A DNA stretch of 62,539 nt from Patescibacteria group bacterium UBA7435 (GCA_002477545.1 DLQJ01000005.1:1-62539); one strand, 5' to 3'; counted from the stretch's first letter, positions 1-9,400 are shown. The notes: a model not told the origin generated them from the letters alone. Numbers and translations are program-made.

Positions 1-2587
1 TAAACGAGGTGATGTCTTTCGCAGAATTCAAATCAACCGTCAATGTATACGTCTTCGTGGTGGAAGCATCTTGCGCAGTGACCACGAGCGTATCTCCACT
101 GACAACAGGATCCGAGAGTCCCGTAGTATTCCAGGTCTGGTTTGCCTCACCTTTAGTCAGGGCTGCTAAGAATGTTGCTTGGGATGTGAGATATGGGATG
201 TTTGTGATTGTTGAAGCTCCATCGTTTACGGTGTATGTGCCTGAAGTGGTGGTTACGATGGTGCTTGCTGCTGATGTGTTCACTGCAACCATATACTCTT
301 GAGTAGTACTCGCCACAGAAGTAACGGTATAGGTACTCGTGGAGGTAAAGTCATTGGCCACACCTGAAAGAGGACTTACTGTTGCATCAGCAGAGACAAC
401 AATGGTGGGGGCAATAGCGGTTACATCCGTACCAAAGGGGACGGTGAGTAAAACAGTCTTTGCCCCTTCATCTACCGCCCCTGTGGTAGCAGGTGACGTA
501 AAATCAAATGAAATAATTGCTTTTTCAGGAGTTGCTGCCTGAAGAGCCGCTAGTGCATTAACTCTTTTACCTGTAGTGGTCTTCCCTGATAAACTCGCCA
601 GGCTATCACCACTTGTGAGCACTATATTTCTTACTTCTGAAGCAGTAAGACTTGGGTTGTAACCCATGATCAATGCTACCAATCCTGCCACATGAGGAGA
701 TGCCATCGATGTTCCTTGGAGATATGTATACAGCTCATCAGAGCCATCACTTACTGTATTTATATCTATATCATTAACATAACAACCAAAAGTTGAATTT
801 TCTGACGCGTCAGTAAACCATCTGAATTGAAATTTAAAATTACTAGTTAAGTACTCCGGAGGTATCACAATATCGGTAAATACAAAACCTGCAGATCCAG
901 TAGAATCTGAATCTGTGTTAAATCCGTCTAAGGTCAATTCATTCCATTGTAAAATTTCTGTAAAATTTGTACCGTCACTACTCACCTCAAGAGCCATGTA
1001 ATCAGACGAAGCCGGTTCTGCATATTGTGTATCACACTGGGCATAAAAACCTATAGACGCTGCAGTTTCACCACTCAAATCATATGTGATCGAAGCAATG
1101 GTTGTATCTGCATTATGCGCATAAGGAAAATTCACATCACCAATAAGAACCTCGTTACTCCCTGCAGAAGCTGACCCCCAGTTATTTGAGGTACTACTTT
1201 TCACCCATCCAGCAGGTACTGCAGGTACGGTTACACTTTCAAATGTCTCACTGAACAACACTGCAGTATTTGAAAAAGAAGTACTATATATGTTTACTCC
1301 TGGTGCACCCACATCAACTGATGTTGTACCATAATTTGAAAAAGAGGCCAAAGCATCATTCTGATCAGTAGCTGCAACTGAGATTATATTATCTAAATCG
1401 TAATCAGAAGGATACGAATGGGTACTTTCATTATCAACATCTTCGTTCCCAGCTGCAGCAACAAAAATACCCCCTGCTGATCTAAATCGATCAATTGCGT
1501 CGTATGTGGATTGAGTAAATGAAGGTCCGCCATAACTACCATTTATGACCTTTGCTCCATTTTGGGTTGCGAAATCAATTGCTTTCACTTCAGAGACCGT
1601 TGTAAATCCAAACTTCATAGCCATAATTTCTGCTGACGGTGCAACACCAACGAGTCCCCTAGCATTATTTTTTACTGCCCCAATTGTTCCTGCAACGTGA
1701 GTTCCGTGTAATTCGTCGTGAGGTAAGGGTGTTTTATCGTGACTGTTATAATCATAACCGTAGTTACAGTCTCCTAGAGCGTCCCCATTTTCATCTACAC
1801 AAGACGTACCGTCCCACATGTTTGCAAGCAGATCTGGATGATTGTAGGCCACTCCACTATCAATGACAGCAACAACAACAGAAGCATTGGTACCCTCACT
1901 GATAGCCCAAGCTTCTGGTATGTCCATATCTTTATCAGATGTACCCGCAGTTCCATTGACTGTCTGACCGGTATTATCAAGACCCCACAACTCTCCCCTG
2001 CTAGTATCATCAGTAGAGATAACATACGGGTACAGTCGGTAGTTTGGTTCGGCGTATTCTACATTTGGGTCATTTTCTAAAGATGCTATTTTTTGCTCTA
2101 CACTTTTTCCGTCTTTAATTTTTAAAACTGAAATATTGCTTCGTTCCAAATGTTCCATCCTTTTCAATGAGAGTCCTTCTTCAAAACTTGCTGCTTTTTT
2201 TCTTCCTGATGAACTTCCAAGATTTACCTTAGTTTGCTTATACTTTACTATGACCTCACCTTCTACATACTCAGGCCGGTGTGCCTTAACGTCTGAAACG
2301 CTTTTGATGATAATTTGAGAGAGGATCGGGGGAGAAAATATTTGCTCAGACATTCGAACTGGAGTAATTTTTTGATCATCAGGAAGGACTGGGGAGGAAG
2401 ACGCCCGTACAGGAATCACTTGTTCACTACCAGAAATAACTGGGGAAGAAGATGCTTGTTCGGGCACTTTTGCCGGAATAGTCTTTTCATTATATAAAAC
2501 TGCATCTGGCACAGTAAGGGCAGCCGCAGGTTGAACAAACATCATCATCATGACAATACCAGTAATTCCTTTATAAAAATTTTCCAT
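1..2587 (-). CDS. S8 subtilisin-like serine protease, secreted; partial (C-terminus beyond window edge)
   Basis: Minus-strand frame is open from ATG at 2587 to position 2. It is absent from the ORF track because no stop lies in the window. My translation gives a hydrophobic N-terminus MENFYKGITGIVMMMMFVQPAAA. S8 triad motifs: VAVIDSGV (~1855-1880), HGTHVAGT (~1690-1715), GTSMASPHVAG (~686-718). A long Thr/Ser/Val-rich C-terminal region follows. Confidence 0.85.
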   Translation of the reverse strand, partial: MENFYKGITGIVMMMMFVQPAAALTVPDAVLYNEKTIPAKVPEQASSSPVISGSEQVIPVRASSSPVLPDDQKITPVRMSEQIFSPPILSQIIIKSVSDVKAHRPEYVEGEVIVKYKQTKVNLGSSSGRKKAASFEEGLSLKRMEHLERSNISVLKIKDGKSVEQKIASLENDPNVEYAEPNYRLYPYVISTDDTSRGELWGLDNTGQTVNGTAGTSDKDMDIPEAWAISEGTNASVVVAVIDSGVAYNHPDLLANMWDGTSCVDENGDALGDCNYGYDYNSHDKTPLPHDELHGTHVAGTIGAVKNNARGLVGVAPSAEIMAMKFGFTTVSEVKAIDFATQNGAKVINGSYGGPSFTQSTYDAIDRFRSAGGIFVAAAGNEDVDNESTHSYPSDYDLDNIISVAATDQNDALASFSNYGTTSVDVGAPGVNIYSTSFSNTAVLFSETFESVTVPAVPAGWVKSSTSNNWGSASAGSNEVLIGDVNFPYAHNADTTIASITYDLSGETAASIGFYAQCDTQYAEPASSDYMALEVSSDGTNFTEILQWNELTLDGFNTDSDSTGSAGFVFTDIVIPPEYLTSNFKFQFRWFTDASENSTFGCYVNDIDINTVSDGSDELYTYLQGTSMASPHVAGLVALIMGYNPSLTASEVRNIVLTSGDSLASLSGKTTTGKRVNALAALQAATPEKAIISFDFTSPATTGAVDEGAKTVLLTVPFGTDVTAIAPTIVVSADATVSPLSGVANDFTSTSTYTVTSVASTTQEYMVAVNTSAASTIVTTTSGTYTVNDGASTITNIPYLTSQATFLAALTKGEANQTWNTTGLSDPVVSGDTLVVTAQDASTTKTYTLTVDLNSAKDITSF

Positions 2588-2825
2588 TTTATATAAATCT
2601 AAAATTTTCTTAAAATAAAATCCTCACAGAAATAACTGCGCCAATTTCCACTTTATTACATCATAACACTAACTCTATATAAAATAAAAAATAAATAAAT
2701 TATCTGACCATACACGACAAAGAGAGTTTACGGAGAGTAGGCATGATGAAGAATTATCTTAAATGGTTCCATTCCATGGATAGTAAATCCTGTACAATAT
2801 AAAGATAAAGGTAATACATATATCT

Positions 2826-3017
2826 ATGAATAAAAAGAAAAAAATCGTTCAGGAACTACTCACTGTCGGGGTCATCATTGTTGGTATATACATGCTTGTG
2901 AGTTTCACTTGGGGCACTCCTCCGACAATCAGTGGCTTAGGGTTTCTAATGGCAGGCTTAGCACTCTGGGTACCGCACTGTCCTGTTATACACAAACTAC
3001 TGGGAGATAAGCAGTAA
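2826..3017 (+). CDS. small membrane protein, DUF2892/YgaP-like (tentative)
   Basis: 63 aa with two hydrophobic segments. C-terminal HCPVIHKLLG resembles the CP..LLG motif of DUF2892, recalled from memory. Confidence 0.5.
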   Translation: MNKKKKIVQELLTVGVIIVGIYMLVSFTWGTPPTISGLGFLMAGLALWVPHCPVIHKLLGDKQ

Positions 3018-3023
3018 ACCGTC

Positions 3024-3785
3024 GTGGAGATCGAAATAAACAAACTGTATCTAAGTATCATCGGTCTTGTACTGATGATAGTTCTTGTGCTGTTAGAAAC
3101 ATATTTTCCAGAGCGGGAATATACCGCAAAATTAAAAGGACGGGCATACCTTACCAATCTACTGGTGTTCGGCTTTAATAATAGTATTTTTATTGCTTTT
3201 AATATCGCCTCTGTGTCGCTGATTGCCTACAGCTATCGATTACACAACTCCTTTGATCTGCTCCCTGTCTGGGGTCAGGCGATACTGGGTGTACTACTGT
3301 TAGATTTCTTTATTTGGCTATGGCATCTTTCTAATCATAAAATAGATTTCTTGTGGCGTTTTCATAAGGCGCATCATTCCGAACAGTTTCTCAATGCAAC
3401 CTCTGCACTACGATTTCATCTTGGAGAATTATTACTTTCTGTACTTATCAAATCTGTCATATTAATAGTATTTGGTATCAGTTTTTGGATTTTTGTTTTA
3501 TACGAAGTACTCGTAACATTCTTTGCTGCTTTTCATCATTCCAATATACGACTACCAAAATGGTTCCAGCTCTATCTAGAACGATTCATCATTTCACCAA
3601 ATATGCATCGTACGCACCATTCTGCACTACGTGATGAACACGACTCTAACTATGGCGTCATCTTTTCTTGGTGGGATTTACTCTTTAAAACATTTGATGA
3701 TAGACAACCAAAAAATATTGGTCTGGTAAACATTTCTGAAAAAACATTTTTTAACTTTTTATTATTTCCATTTCGGAAAAAATAA
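3024..3785 (+). CDS. fatty acid hydroxylase / sterol desaturase family membrane protein
   Basis: Histidine-box motifs HLSNH, HKAHHS, FHHSN and HRTHHS in a polytopic membrane protein. GTG start. Confidence 0.8.
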   Translation: MEIEINKLYLSIIGLVLMIVLVLLETYFPEREYTAKLKGRAYLTNLLVFGFNNSIFIAFNIASVSLIAYSYRLHNSFDLLPVWGQAILGVLLLDFFIWLWHLSNHKIDFLWRFHKAHHSEQFLNATSALRFHLGELLLSVLIKSVILIVFGISFWIFVLYEVLVTFFAAFHHSNIRLPKWFQLYLERFIISPNMHRTHHSALRDEHDSNYGVIFSWWDLLFKTFDDRQPKNIGLVNISEKTFFNFLLFPFRKK

Positions 3786-3844
3786 TTACATTCTCCATTA
3801 CGGAGATCACTGATTATTGTGTAGAAAATTGCTATACTTTTTAT

Positions 3845-4351
3845 ATGAAAATCTTAAACAAGGTCACTCAATTCTTTGGTCTGAATGATGAAACGTGGAT
3901 GCAACATTCAAACAAGTGGAGTGTCTGGACGCGGTTCTTTATATTGCCGTTGCTTGCTATAGCCATCTGGAGTCATGTTTGGATCGGTTGGTATAGTCTT
4001 CTGTTTGTAGGACTACTTTTCTTCTGGACCTGGATTAATCCGCGCTTCTTTGGAAAGCCAAGTACTACCAAACACTGGGCATCAAAAGCGGTGTTTGGTG
4101 AACGAGTGTGGCTCCGTAAAAACGAACTGCCCATAGCAAAACATCATCTACGTGCAATTACTATTCTCAACATAATCACAGGCGCTGGACTTCCCTTTCT
4201 TGCATGGGGATTATACGAACTACACATATGGTCGGTTCTACTCGGTCTTATCTTAGTGATATTTGGAAAGATGTGGTTTCTTGACCGGATGGTCTGGGTA
4301 TATGAAGATATGAAAAATAAATCACAAGAATATCTATCTTGGGAGTACTAA
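3845..4351 (+). CDS. hypothetical Trp-rich membrane protein
   Basis: 168-aa ORF with several hydrophobic helices. No recognisable catalytic motif. Confidence 0.55.
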   Translation: MKILNKVTQFFGLNDETWMQHSNKWSVWTRFFILPLLAIAIWSHVWIGWYSLLFVGLLFFWTWINPRFFGKPSTTKHWASKAVFGERVWLRKNELPIAKHHLRAITILNIITGAGLPFLAWGLYELHIWSVLLGLILVIFGKMWFLDRMVWVYEDMKNKSQEYLSWEY

Positions 4352-4372
4352 TTGCTTAAATAGACAAATGTT

Positions 4373-4741
4373 ATGGAAATGAATCCAATTAACTTAGCAG
4401 TCAGATTTACACTAGAAATAGCAGCGCTCATTTCAGTTGGCGTCTGGGGATGGAAATTCAGTGAGGACTGGTTCCATTACCTACTAGCGTTTGGAATCCC
4501 AATTGTACTGGCCATCATATGGGGGACATTCAATGTTCCTGGTGACCCAAGTCGTAACGGCGAGGCACCAGTAGTTGTGTCCGGTGTAGTACGCCTGGCG
4601 ATTGAACTGGGAATGTTCTCCCTAGCCCCTTGGGCACTCTATGACATTGGATATATAAAATACTGCCTGATTTTTTTATCAGTAGTTGCTGTTCACTATA
4701 TTGTTTCGTATAAACGAATTATGTGGTTGTTGGCTCGTTAA
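4373..4741 (+). CDS. small membrane protein, DUF2568/YrdB-like (tentative)
   Basis: 122 aa with four hydrophobic segments. N-terminal LAVRFTLEIAALISVGVWGW resembles the DUF2568 signature, from memory. Confidence 0.5.
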   Translation: MEMNPINLAVRFTLEIAALISVGVWGWKFSEDWFHYLLAFGIPIVLAIIWGTFNVPGDPSRNGEAPVVVSGVVRLAIELGMFSLAPWALYDIGYIKYCLIFLSVVAVHYIVSYKRIMWLLAR

Positions 4742-4748
4742 AAAAATT

Positions 4749-5003
4749 TTACAATCCAGCTTCTTTTTCCATCTTTAAAAGTCTCGTGTAGTAATCAGGG
4801 ATTTCTTTTAGGTGAGCCCAGGTTATTTTTCCTGTTAAGGCCTCGTCGTTGTTGGTGACATTAGTCTCAGGATCAGCCGAACCATGCTCAAGCTCAACTG
4901 CTAAACCTTTCCTAAATTCTTCCAAATCGTAATCTTCAAAATTTACCCCTATACCCTCACCGATTCTTTTTGCTTCTTCTGCTGTGAATTCTTTGTTACT
5001 CAT
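4749..5003 (-). CDS. small conserved hypothetical protein (DUF5661-like, tentative)
   Basis: 84 aa with motif VELEHG...DPETNVT...AHLKEIPDYY. Its start overlaps the 3' end of the upstream LRR gene by 8 nt, which suggests an operon. Confidence 0.55.
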   Translation of the reverse strand: MSNKEFTAEEAKRIGEGIGVNFEDYDLEEFRKGLAVELEHGSADPETNVTNNDEALTGKITWAHLKEIPDYYTRLLKMEKEAGL

Positions 5004-5538
5004 ATATTTTTGTATTAGCTGGTAACCCTTTTTTTATAACCTCTAAATCCTGTTTTGAATAATCTGTATCTCTGAGATCAAGTACTTTTAGATTTTTCAA
5101 ATTTCCAAGTTCGTAAGGCATGCCTGTTATTGGGTTTCCCGAAAGGTTAAGTACCTCAAGGTTTGTAAGCTGCCCTATTTCTGCCGGTATCCCCGTGAAA
5201 TTATTATCACTCAAATTCAACATTTTTAGGTTTTGTAAGTGTCGTACCTCCGCCTGAAGTGCACCATCAAGTTTATTGTTTGATAAATCTAACTCTTGAA
5301 CGCTGGTTTTATCAAACACATACGAAGGTGTTTTTGTAAGACCCTGCCCACTTAAATTGATAACCTCACTAGACACGATCGCCGGGATTGAGATTTCTTT
5401 TTTTGTATCTTCAGCCAAATCTGAATCAAGGGCTAGCGGCACCTCTGTTTCTAAATTGGCTGTTTCTTTTTGTACAGTCGTTACAGTAAAAGCAGTTACT
5501 ATTGCAACCACAATGGCTGTGATGAGAATTTTAATCAT
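4996..5538 (-). CDS. leucine-rich repeat protein with N-terminal membrane anchor
   Basis: N-terminal hydrophobic helix followed by about 5 LRR units (LxxLxLSxNxLxG; for example LQNLKMLNLSDNNFTGIP, LTNLEVLNLSGNPITGMP). Confidence 0.75.
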   Translation of the reverse strand: MIKILITAIVVAIVTAFTVTTVQKETANLETEVPLALDSDLAEDTKKEISIPAIVSSEVINLSGQGLTKTPSYVFDKTSVQELDLSNNKLDGALQAEVRHLQNLKMLNLSDNNFTGIPAEIGQLTNLEVLNLSGNPITGMPYELGNLKNLKVLDLRDTDYSKQDLEVIKKGLPANTKIYE

Positions 5539-5731
5539 GATACTTAGTGATGACGTTTGAGATTAACAATTATTACGCTAACCTACAGAAAGGGTTCAGT
5601 GGGCTAAAGCGCCTGATTACACTCTATTCAATGGACGCATTTTTAATCGAGTTAGTGCTCATTATTACGAGTATATACAAACACCGGCACCAGGGGCACC
5701 GGCGTTTGTATTCAATGTATAGAATGGTTTC

Positions 5732-6154
5732 CTAACCCCACTGCACGATAATCAATGCAAATACAATAAATGTCACGAGCGTAAATCCTGCTTGAATCAA
5801 GAATCGCTTCTTTTGTTGTTTCTTTGACTCATTAGTCCAGATTACTGAGGCTGCTAAGGTCGGCATTACAAACCCTGCCCAGATCCACAGTGCATTACTA
5901 ACACCTCCCATTTCTGCTTCTGCTCCCTTGATGTAGAAAAACAGTACATACACTTGGAAAAGTGTGAGCAAAAACTGAAGCACCATCATGGGTGCCATTC
6001 CCTTTTTCATACGGGCGACCTCCACTTTATTATTGGGATCAACTCCGTTGAGTTTACACCACTGTTTCCCAAACACAGGGCCGTACCAAATTGCGCCCAG
6101 TGCCATACCTACTACAGCACAAGCAAGAATAATAAGATAATTTGCTTCAATCAT
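5732..6154 (-). CDS. DUF1761-like membrane protein
   Basis: 140 aa with four hydrophobic helices. The GPVFGKQW motif is typical of DUF1761, from memory. Confidence 0.6.
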   Translation of the reverse strand: MIEANYLIILACAVVGMALGAIWYGPVFGKQWCKLNGVDPNNKVEVARMKKGMAPMMVLQFLLTLFQVYVLFFYIKGAEAEMGGVSNALWIWAGFVMPTLAASVIWTNESKKQQKKRFLIQAGFTLVTFIVFALIIVQWG

Positions 6155-6212
6155 ATTGAATAGGTTACCTACTAATATTTATATTGTACCGGAGTGATTT
6201 CTGTAAAAAATA

Positions 6213-6404
6213 TTATGCAACATTTTCAGCTTCAGACCAGTCTTTTTCAAACTGTACCATCCACGCTTTCTTTTCTTCCTCTGAAGCACCTGTGATCACC
6301 TCGTTGTGATCCTTCATGTAGTGTGTATACAATGCATCAAGGATTTCTTCACGTGTTTCTGCCTGAAACGTAACCTCGCAGTCATAACATTTTAATTTTT
6401 TCAT
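6213..6404 (-). CDS. small DUF1059-like protein (tentative)
   Basis: 63 aa with N-terminal MKKLKCYDCEVTF and HYMKDH, resembling the small metal-binding DUF1059 family. Confidence 0.5.
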   Translation of the reverse strand: MKKLKCYDCEVTFQAETREEILDALYTHYMKDHNEVITGASEEEKKAWMVQFEKDWSEAENVA

Positions 6405-6409
6405 AGTAT

Positions 6410-6856
6410 TTATATTTTACTTTTTAAGTATATCGAGACATCGTCAAGCAATTCTTTGGCAATGGCATGCGTCAGCTTTTCACGAGCTTCTACAAAACTA
6501 CACCACTGCCCTTGGGCAACCTCTTCTGGTTGTAATACAAATGATTTATCAGCTGCATAACCAAGATAATAGATAACTTGTTTCTCTATACATTGTTGGT
6601 TATATATAAAAGAATATTCTTGGTTGAAGGTGATGTCTGTCTCCAATTTTTCAAGCATAATACCTGACTCCTCATCCAACTCACGCAATGCTGCTTCCTG
6701 ATGTGACTCAGCCTCCTTTGAGTGGCCCTTGGGGAACGTCCAATATTGATCATTCGCCCCACGATATGAAATCTGCTTGAGAATAAACACCTCCCAAATA
6801 TCTCCAGTCTTAATAACTGGAATAACACCATACGAATAATCTTTTTTACACTGCAT
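6410..6856 (-). CDS. NUDIX hydrolase
   Basis: Nudix box GHSKEAESHQEAALRELDEESGI (GX5EX7REUXEEXGU). Confidence 0.8.
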   Translation of the reverse strand: MQCKKDYSYGVIPVIKTGDIWEVFILKQISYRGANDQYWTFPKGHSKEAESHQEAALRELDEESGIMLEKLETDITFNQEYSFIYNQQCIEKQVIYYLGYAADKSFVLQPEEVAQGQWCSFVEAREKLTHAIAKELLDDVSIYLKSKI

Positions 6857-7067
6857 ATTTTTAGTATACAGGAATGAAAGCTGTTTTGTCCTCAGGAATC
6901 ACTAAGTACATCTTGGGGTCAAGTTTCTAACTAAAATTGTTCGCACAGCTCCAATTGTAGTAAGAACTTTCTCCCCGAGCTTGCTGTTCGTCGCCCCAGG
7001 AAGGACTTCTCACAACACTCCGCTTCACAAACGGGCCGTACGTGACGCAGATCACATACTAGAATAT

Positions 7068-7098
7068 AAAAACACCATCCTTACGGATGGTGTTTTTA
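7068..7098. terminator. bidirectional intrinsic terminator hairpin
   Basis: AAAAACACCATCC-TTAC-GGATGGTGTTTTT, directly downstream of tRNA-Leu on the minus strand. Confidence 0.7.
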
Positions 7099-7113
7099 TA
7101 TTCTTCCCGTTTG

Positions 7114-7195
7114 TGCCCAAGAGAGGACTTGAACCTCCACGCCTTGCGGCATATGCACCTCATGCATACGTGTATACCAATTTCACCACTTGGGC
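7114..7195 (-). tRNA. tRNA-Leu (anticodon GAG), type II with long variable arm
   Basis: Manual cloverleaf on the reverse complement: acceptor GCCCAAG/CTTGGGC, anticodon loop AUGAGGU, variable arm, T-arm GGAGGTTCAAGTCCTCT. Confidence 0.85.
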
Positions 7196-7271
7196 ATTTA
7201 CTCTTATTGGAGTCCCGTCATTGTAAAGTTTTTTTGAGCTTTTGCAAACTTCTTTTCTAAATGAACATGTA

Positions 7272-7312
7272 AAACAAAATTGGTCAGCACCTAGTGCTGA
7301 CCAATTTTGTTT
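7272..7312 (-). terminator. intrinsic terminator after rplS
   Basis: ACAAAATTGGTCAGCAC-CTA-GTGCTGACCAATTTTGT hairpin flanked by A/T runs, 19 nt downstream of the rplS stop. Confidence 0.7.
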
Positions 7313-7330
7313 TTGTTTTTGTTTCGGAAA

Positions 7331-7978
7331 TTATGCCTTCTTTTCTTCTTCAACCTCAGGAGTTGCTTCTTCTACTTCTGAAGTCTTCTCCTTTTCTTCT
7401 TCAACCACTTCTTCTGTAGCTGTTTCAGCTTCAGGAGTTGTTTCTTCTGCTTCTGGAGTTGCAACTACTTCAGCTGCTGCCTTTTCTTCGTCAGCTTTCT
7501 TTACTGCATCCTCTGCCGCTTTTGCTTCAGCTGCTGCAGCGTCTTCTGCTGCCTTAGCTTCTGCGTCAGCTGCACGAACTGCTGCTTCTGCTTGTGACTC
7601 TGTTGCCATAGTTACAAGATGCATTCGACGCATTTGTCGTTTGATTTCTCGTGCTACCTTATCTCGGATAAAGTATAGTTTTGCTCGACGTACCTTAGAC
7701 CGCTTTACAATTTCGATCTTATCGATGTTTGGTGAGTATAGTGGGAAGATTTTTTCAACTCCTACACCACTTGCCATCTTTCGAACAGTGAAAGTCGCTC
7801 CTGGTTCATTACCGTGCTTTCGTGCAAGTACAACGCCTTCAAAAATCTGAATTCGTGTCTTACCTTTATCCTGAATTCGTTGGTGTACCTTTACGGTGTC
7901 ACCAGCTCGAATACCGATTGATTTTCGGTCCTCCATGTTTACTGGAGAGATCGTTACTCCTGTTGTTACTGTGTTCAT
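7331..7978 (-). CDS. rplS: 50S ribosomal protein L19 with about 100-aa Ala/Glu-rich C-terminal extension
   Basis: The first ~115 aa match L19 (GDTVKVHQRIQDKGKTRIQIFEGVVLARKHG...FTVRK...GVEKIFPLYSPNIDKIEIV). The tail is a low-complexity AAEAKAAEDA / EEVVEEEKEK sequence. Confidence 0.9.
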   Translation of the reverse strand: MNTVTTGVTISPVNMEDRKSIGIRAGDTVKVHQRIQDKGKTRIQIFEGVVLARKHGNEPGATFTVRKMASGVGVEKIFPLYSPNIDKIEIVKRSKVRRAKLYFIRDKVAREIKRQMRRMHLVTMATESQAEAAVRAADAEAKAAEDAAAAEAKAAEDAVKKADEEKAAAEVVATPEAEETTPEAETATEEVVEEEKEKTSEVEEATPEVEEEKKA

Positions 7979-8064
7979 ATAAAATTGTTAAATACTTAGA
8001 AAAGTGCAATAAAACGTGCCCTAATGTACCATGTCAGGTGCAAAAAGCAAGACACTATATGGGT

Positions 8065-8805
8065 CTATTCTTCAGCGATTCTCTCAGCTGCATCCTCAAA
8101 TGACTGTGGAACGGGAGCAATGAATCGTTCCGCTTCTCCATTGGGTAATGCAATCTCTAATATATGTGCATGTAGAGCCATTCGGTCAAGCTCCAAATTA
8201 TTCGATCGCGGAATAACATGTGCTGCGTAAAGCTGGTCTCCTACCACTGGGCGCTCAATAGCACGCAGGTGCACACGGATCTGATGTGTGCGTCCCGTCT
8301 TTGGTTTCAGCTTAAGATATGAAAAATCTTCGTCATTGTATCTACCTTGACCAATACACTCCCATTCAGTAACCGCATCACGCATCATGCCCTTCGCACC
8401 CCGCTGTGCTGAGCGCATACGGAAATCACTCGCGCTTCGTCCAATAGCGCGATCAATAATCCCCCACTTCTCTCGCACCGGACCATAGACAAACGCACGA
8501 TACTCTTTCTTTGCAAGACGATCATGAAACTGGGTCTTGAAGTGTTCGTGTGCATCCTGCGTCTTTACCATAATCAATACTCCCGAAGTATCTCGGTCAA
8601 GACGATGTACCACTCCTGATCGCTCAAGTGTTTCTCCCTTTGGCGATAGCTGTATCTCACCTACCCCTCTTGAGTCTGGGTATTTTTCCAGAAACCAATC
8701 TACCAATGTGTCGTCTTTACTGTGGCCATCTGCATGCACCATAACACCAATAGGTTTGTTAATAACCACCAAGTCGTCATTTTCAAAAATAATAGGAATT
8801 TCCAT
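8065..8805 (-). CDS. RluA-family pseudouridine synthase (no S4 domain)
   Basis: HRLDRDTSGVL catalytic motif and a downstream KTGRTHQIRVH motif. Confidence 0.85.
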   Translation of the reverse strand: MEIPIIFENDDLVVINKPIGVMVHADGHSKDDTLVDWFLEKYPDSRGVGEIQLSPKGETLERSGVVHRLDRDTSGVLIMVKTQDAHEHFKTQFHDRLAKKEYRAFVYGPVREKWGIIDRAIGRSASDFRMRSAQRGAKGMMRDAVTEWECIGQGRYNDEDFSYLKLKPKTGRTHQIRVHLRAIERPVVGDQLYAAHVIPRSNNLELDRMALHAHILEIALPNGEAERFIAPVPQSFEDAAERIAEE

Positions 8806-8825
8806 AATAATGTATCGTGCGTATA

Positions 8826-9098
8826 TTAGTGAATAATAGAGAAATCATCAAATAGTTTTTTTGCCGTTCGCCACTCTACCGAGACCGCTGCAACCTGTGC
8901 ATTAAGCGATCCTTCATTTAAGTATTCAACAAAGTCCTTAAGTGTATCGGGGAAGCCTTGTGCACAGACTGAAACAGAACCATCAGTCATGTTCTGCGTC
9001 CAACCAGCAAGCCCCAACTCCCCAGCTGAGGTTTGTATATAATCACGATATGCAACATTTTGCACCTTTCCTGTACATACACAATAGATTTCAATCAT
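8826..9098 (-). CDS. acyP: acylphosphatase
   Basis: GKVQNVAYRDY and GWTQNMTDGSV motifs. I prefer ATG at 9098 (GGTGGG 3 nt upstream) over the ORF-track start at 9119. Confidence 0.75.
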   Translation of the reverse strand: MIEIYCVCTGKVQNVAYRDYIQTSAGELGLAGWTQNMTDGSVSVCAQGFPDTLKDFVEYLNEGSLNAQVAAVSVEWRTAKKLFDDFSIIH

Positions 9099-9233
9099 TG
9101 CCCACCAGTATAGTGCCACACCACTATTTAGTCTACTAATATAAGACTATTGAATTATTTTTAAAAACAGGTACTATATTCCCTACCTGAGTACATAATA
9201 TGTATTCAAAAGCAGAAGTGCCTTATTGGTACC

Positions 9234-9362
9234 CTGCGCGATTAGCTCAGTTGGTAGAGTGAGAAGTGACCTAACGTCATTTCGCAAGAGGTTACCTAAT
9301 ATTTTGATTTTATGAAAAATATTGATAACCTGAACAGCTTCTGTAAGAAGGCGCATTTACAC
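9234..9362 (+). pseudogene. partial tRNA-Val copy (5' acceptor/D-arm plus anticodon-arm fragment)
   Basis: 9234-9259 is identical to 9399-9424 (tRNA positions 1-24 plus 2 leader nt). 9351-9362 (GCGCATTTACAC) is identical to 9427-9438. No T-arm or 3' acceptor strand is present. Confidence 0.5.
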
Positions 9363-9400
9363 ACCATCTTACAATCAGTTCACAATGCAGATTAACGTCT

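Noticed and set aside
6940-7066. SRP (4.5S) RNA call
   Set aside because: CCAGGAAGGA superficially resembles the CCGGAAGGA of helix 8. However, the GNRA tetraloop closure and the AGCA/GGA loop partners could not be placed on either strand. It is kept only as an unassigned structured-RNA candidate.
6981-7226. 81-aa plus-strand ORF
   Set aside because: It overlaps the terminator and the whole tRNA-Leu gene. It has no RBS.
7242-7850. 202-aa plus-strand ORF rich in Ser/Ala/Phe
   Set aside because: It lies entirely antisense to rplS, whose L19 identity is unambiguous. Its composition simply mirrors the Ala/Glu-rich codons of the L19 tail.
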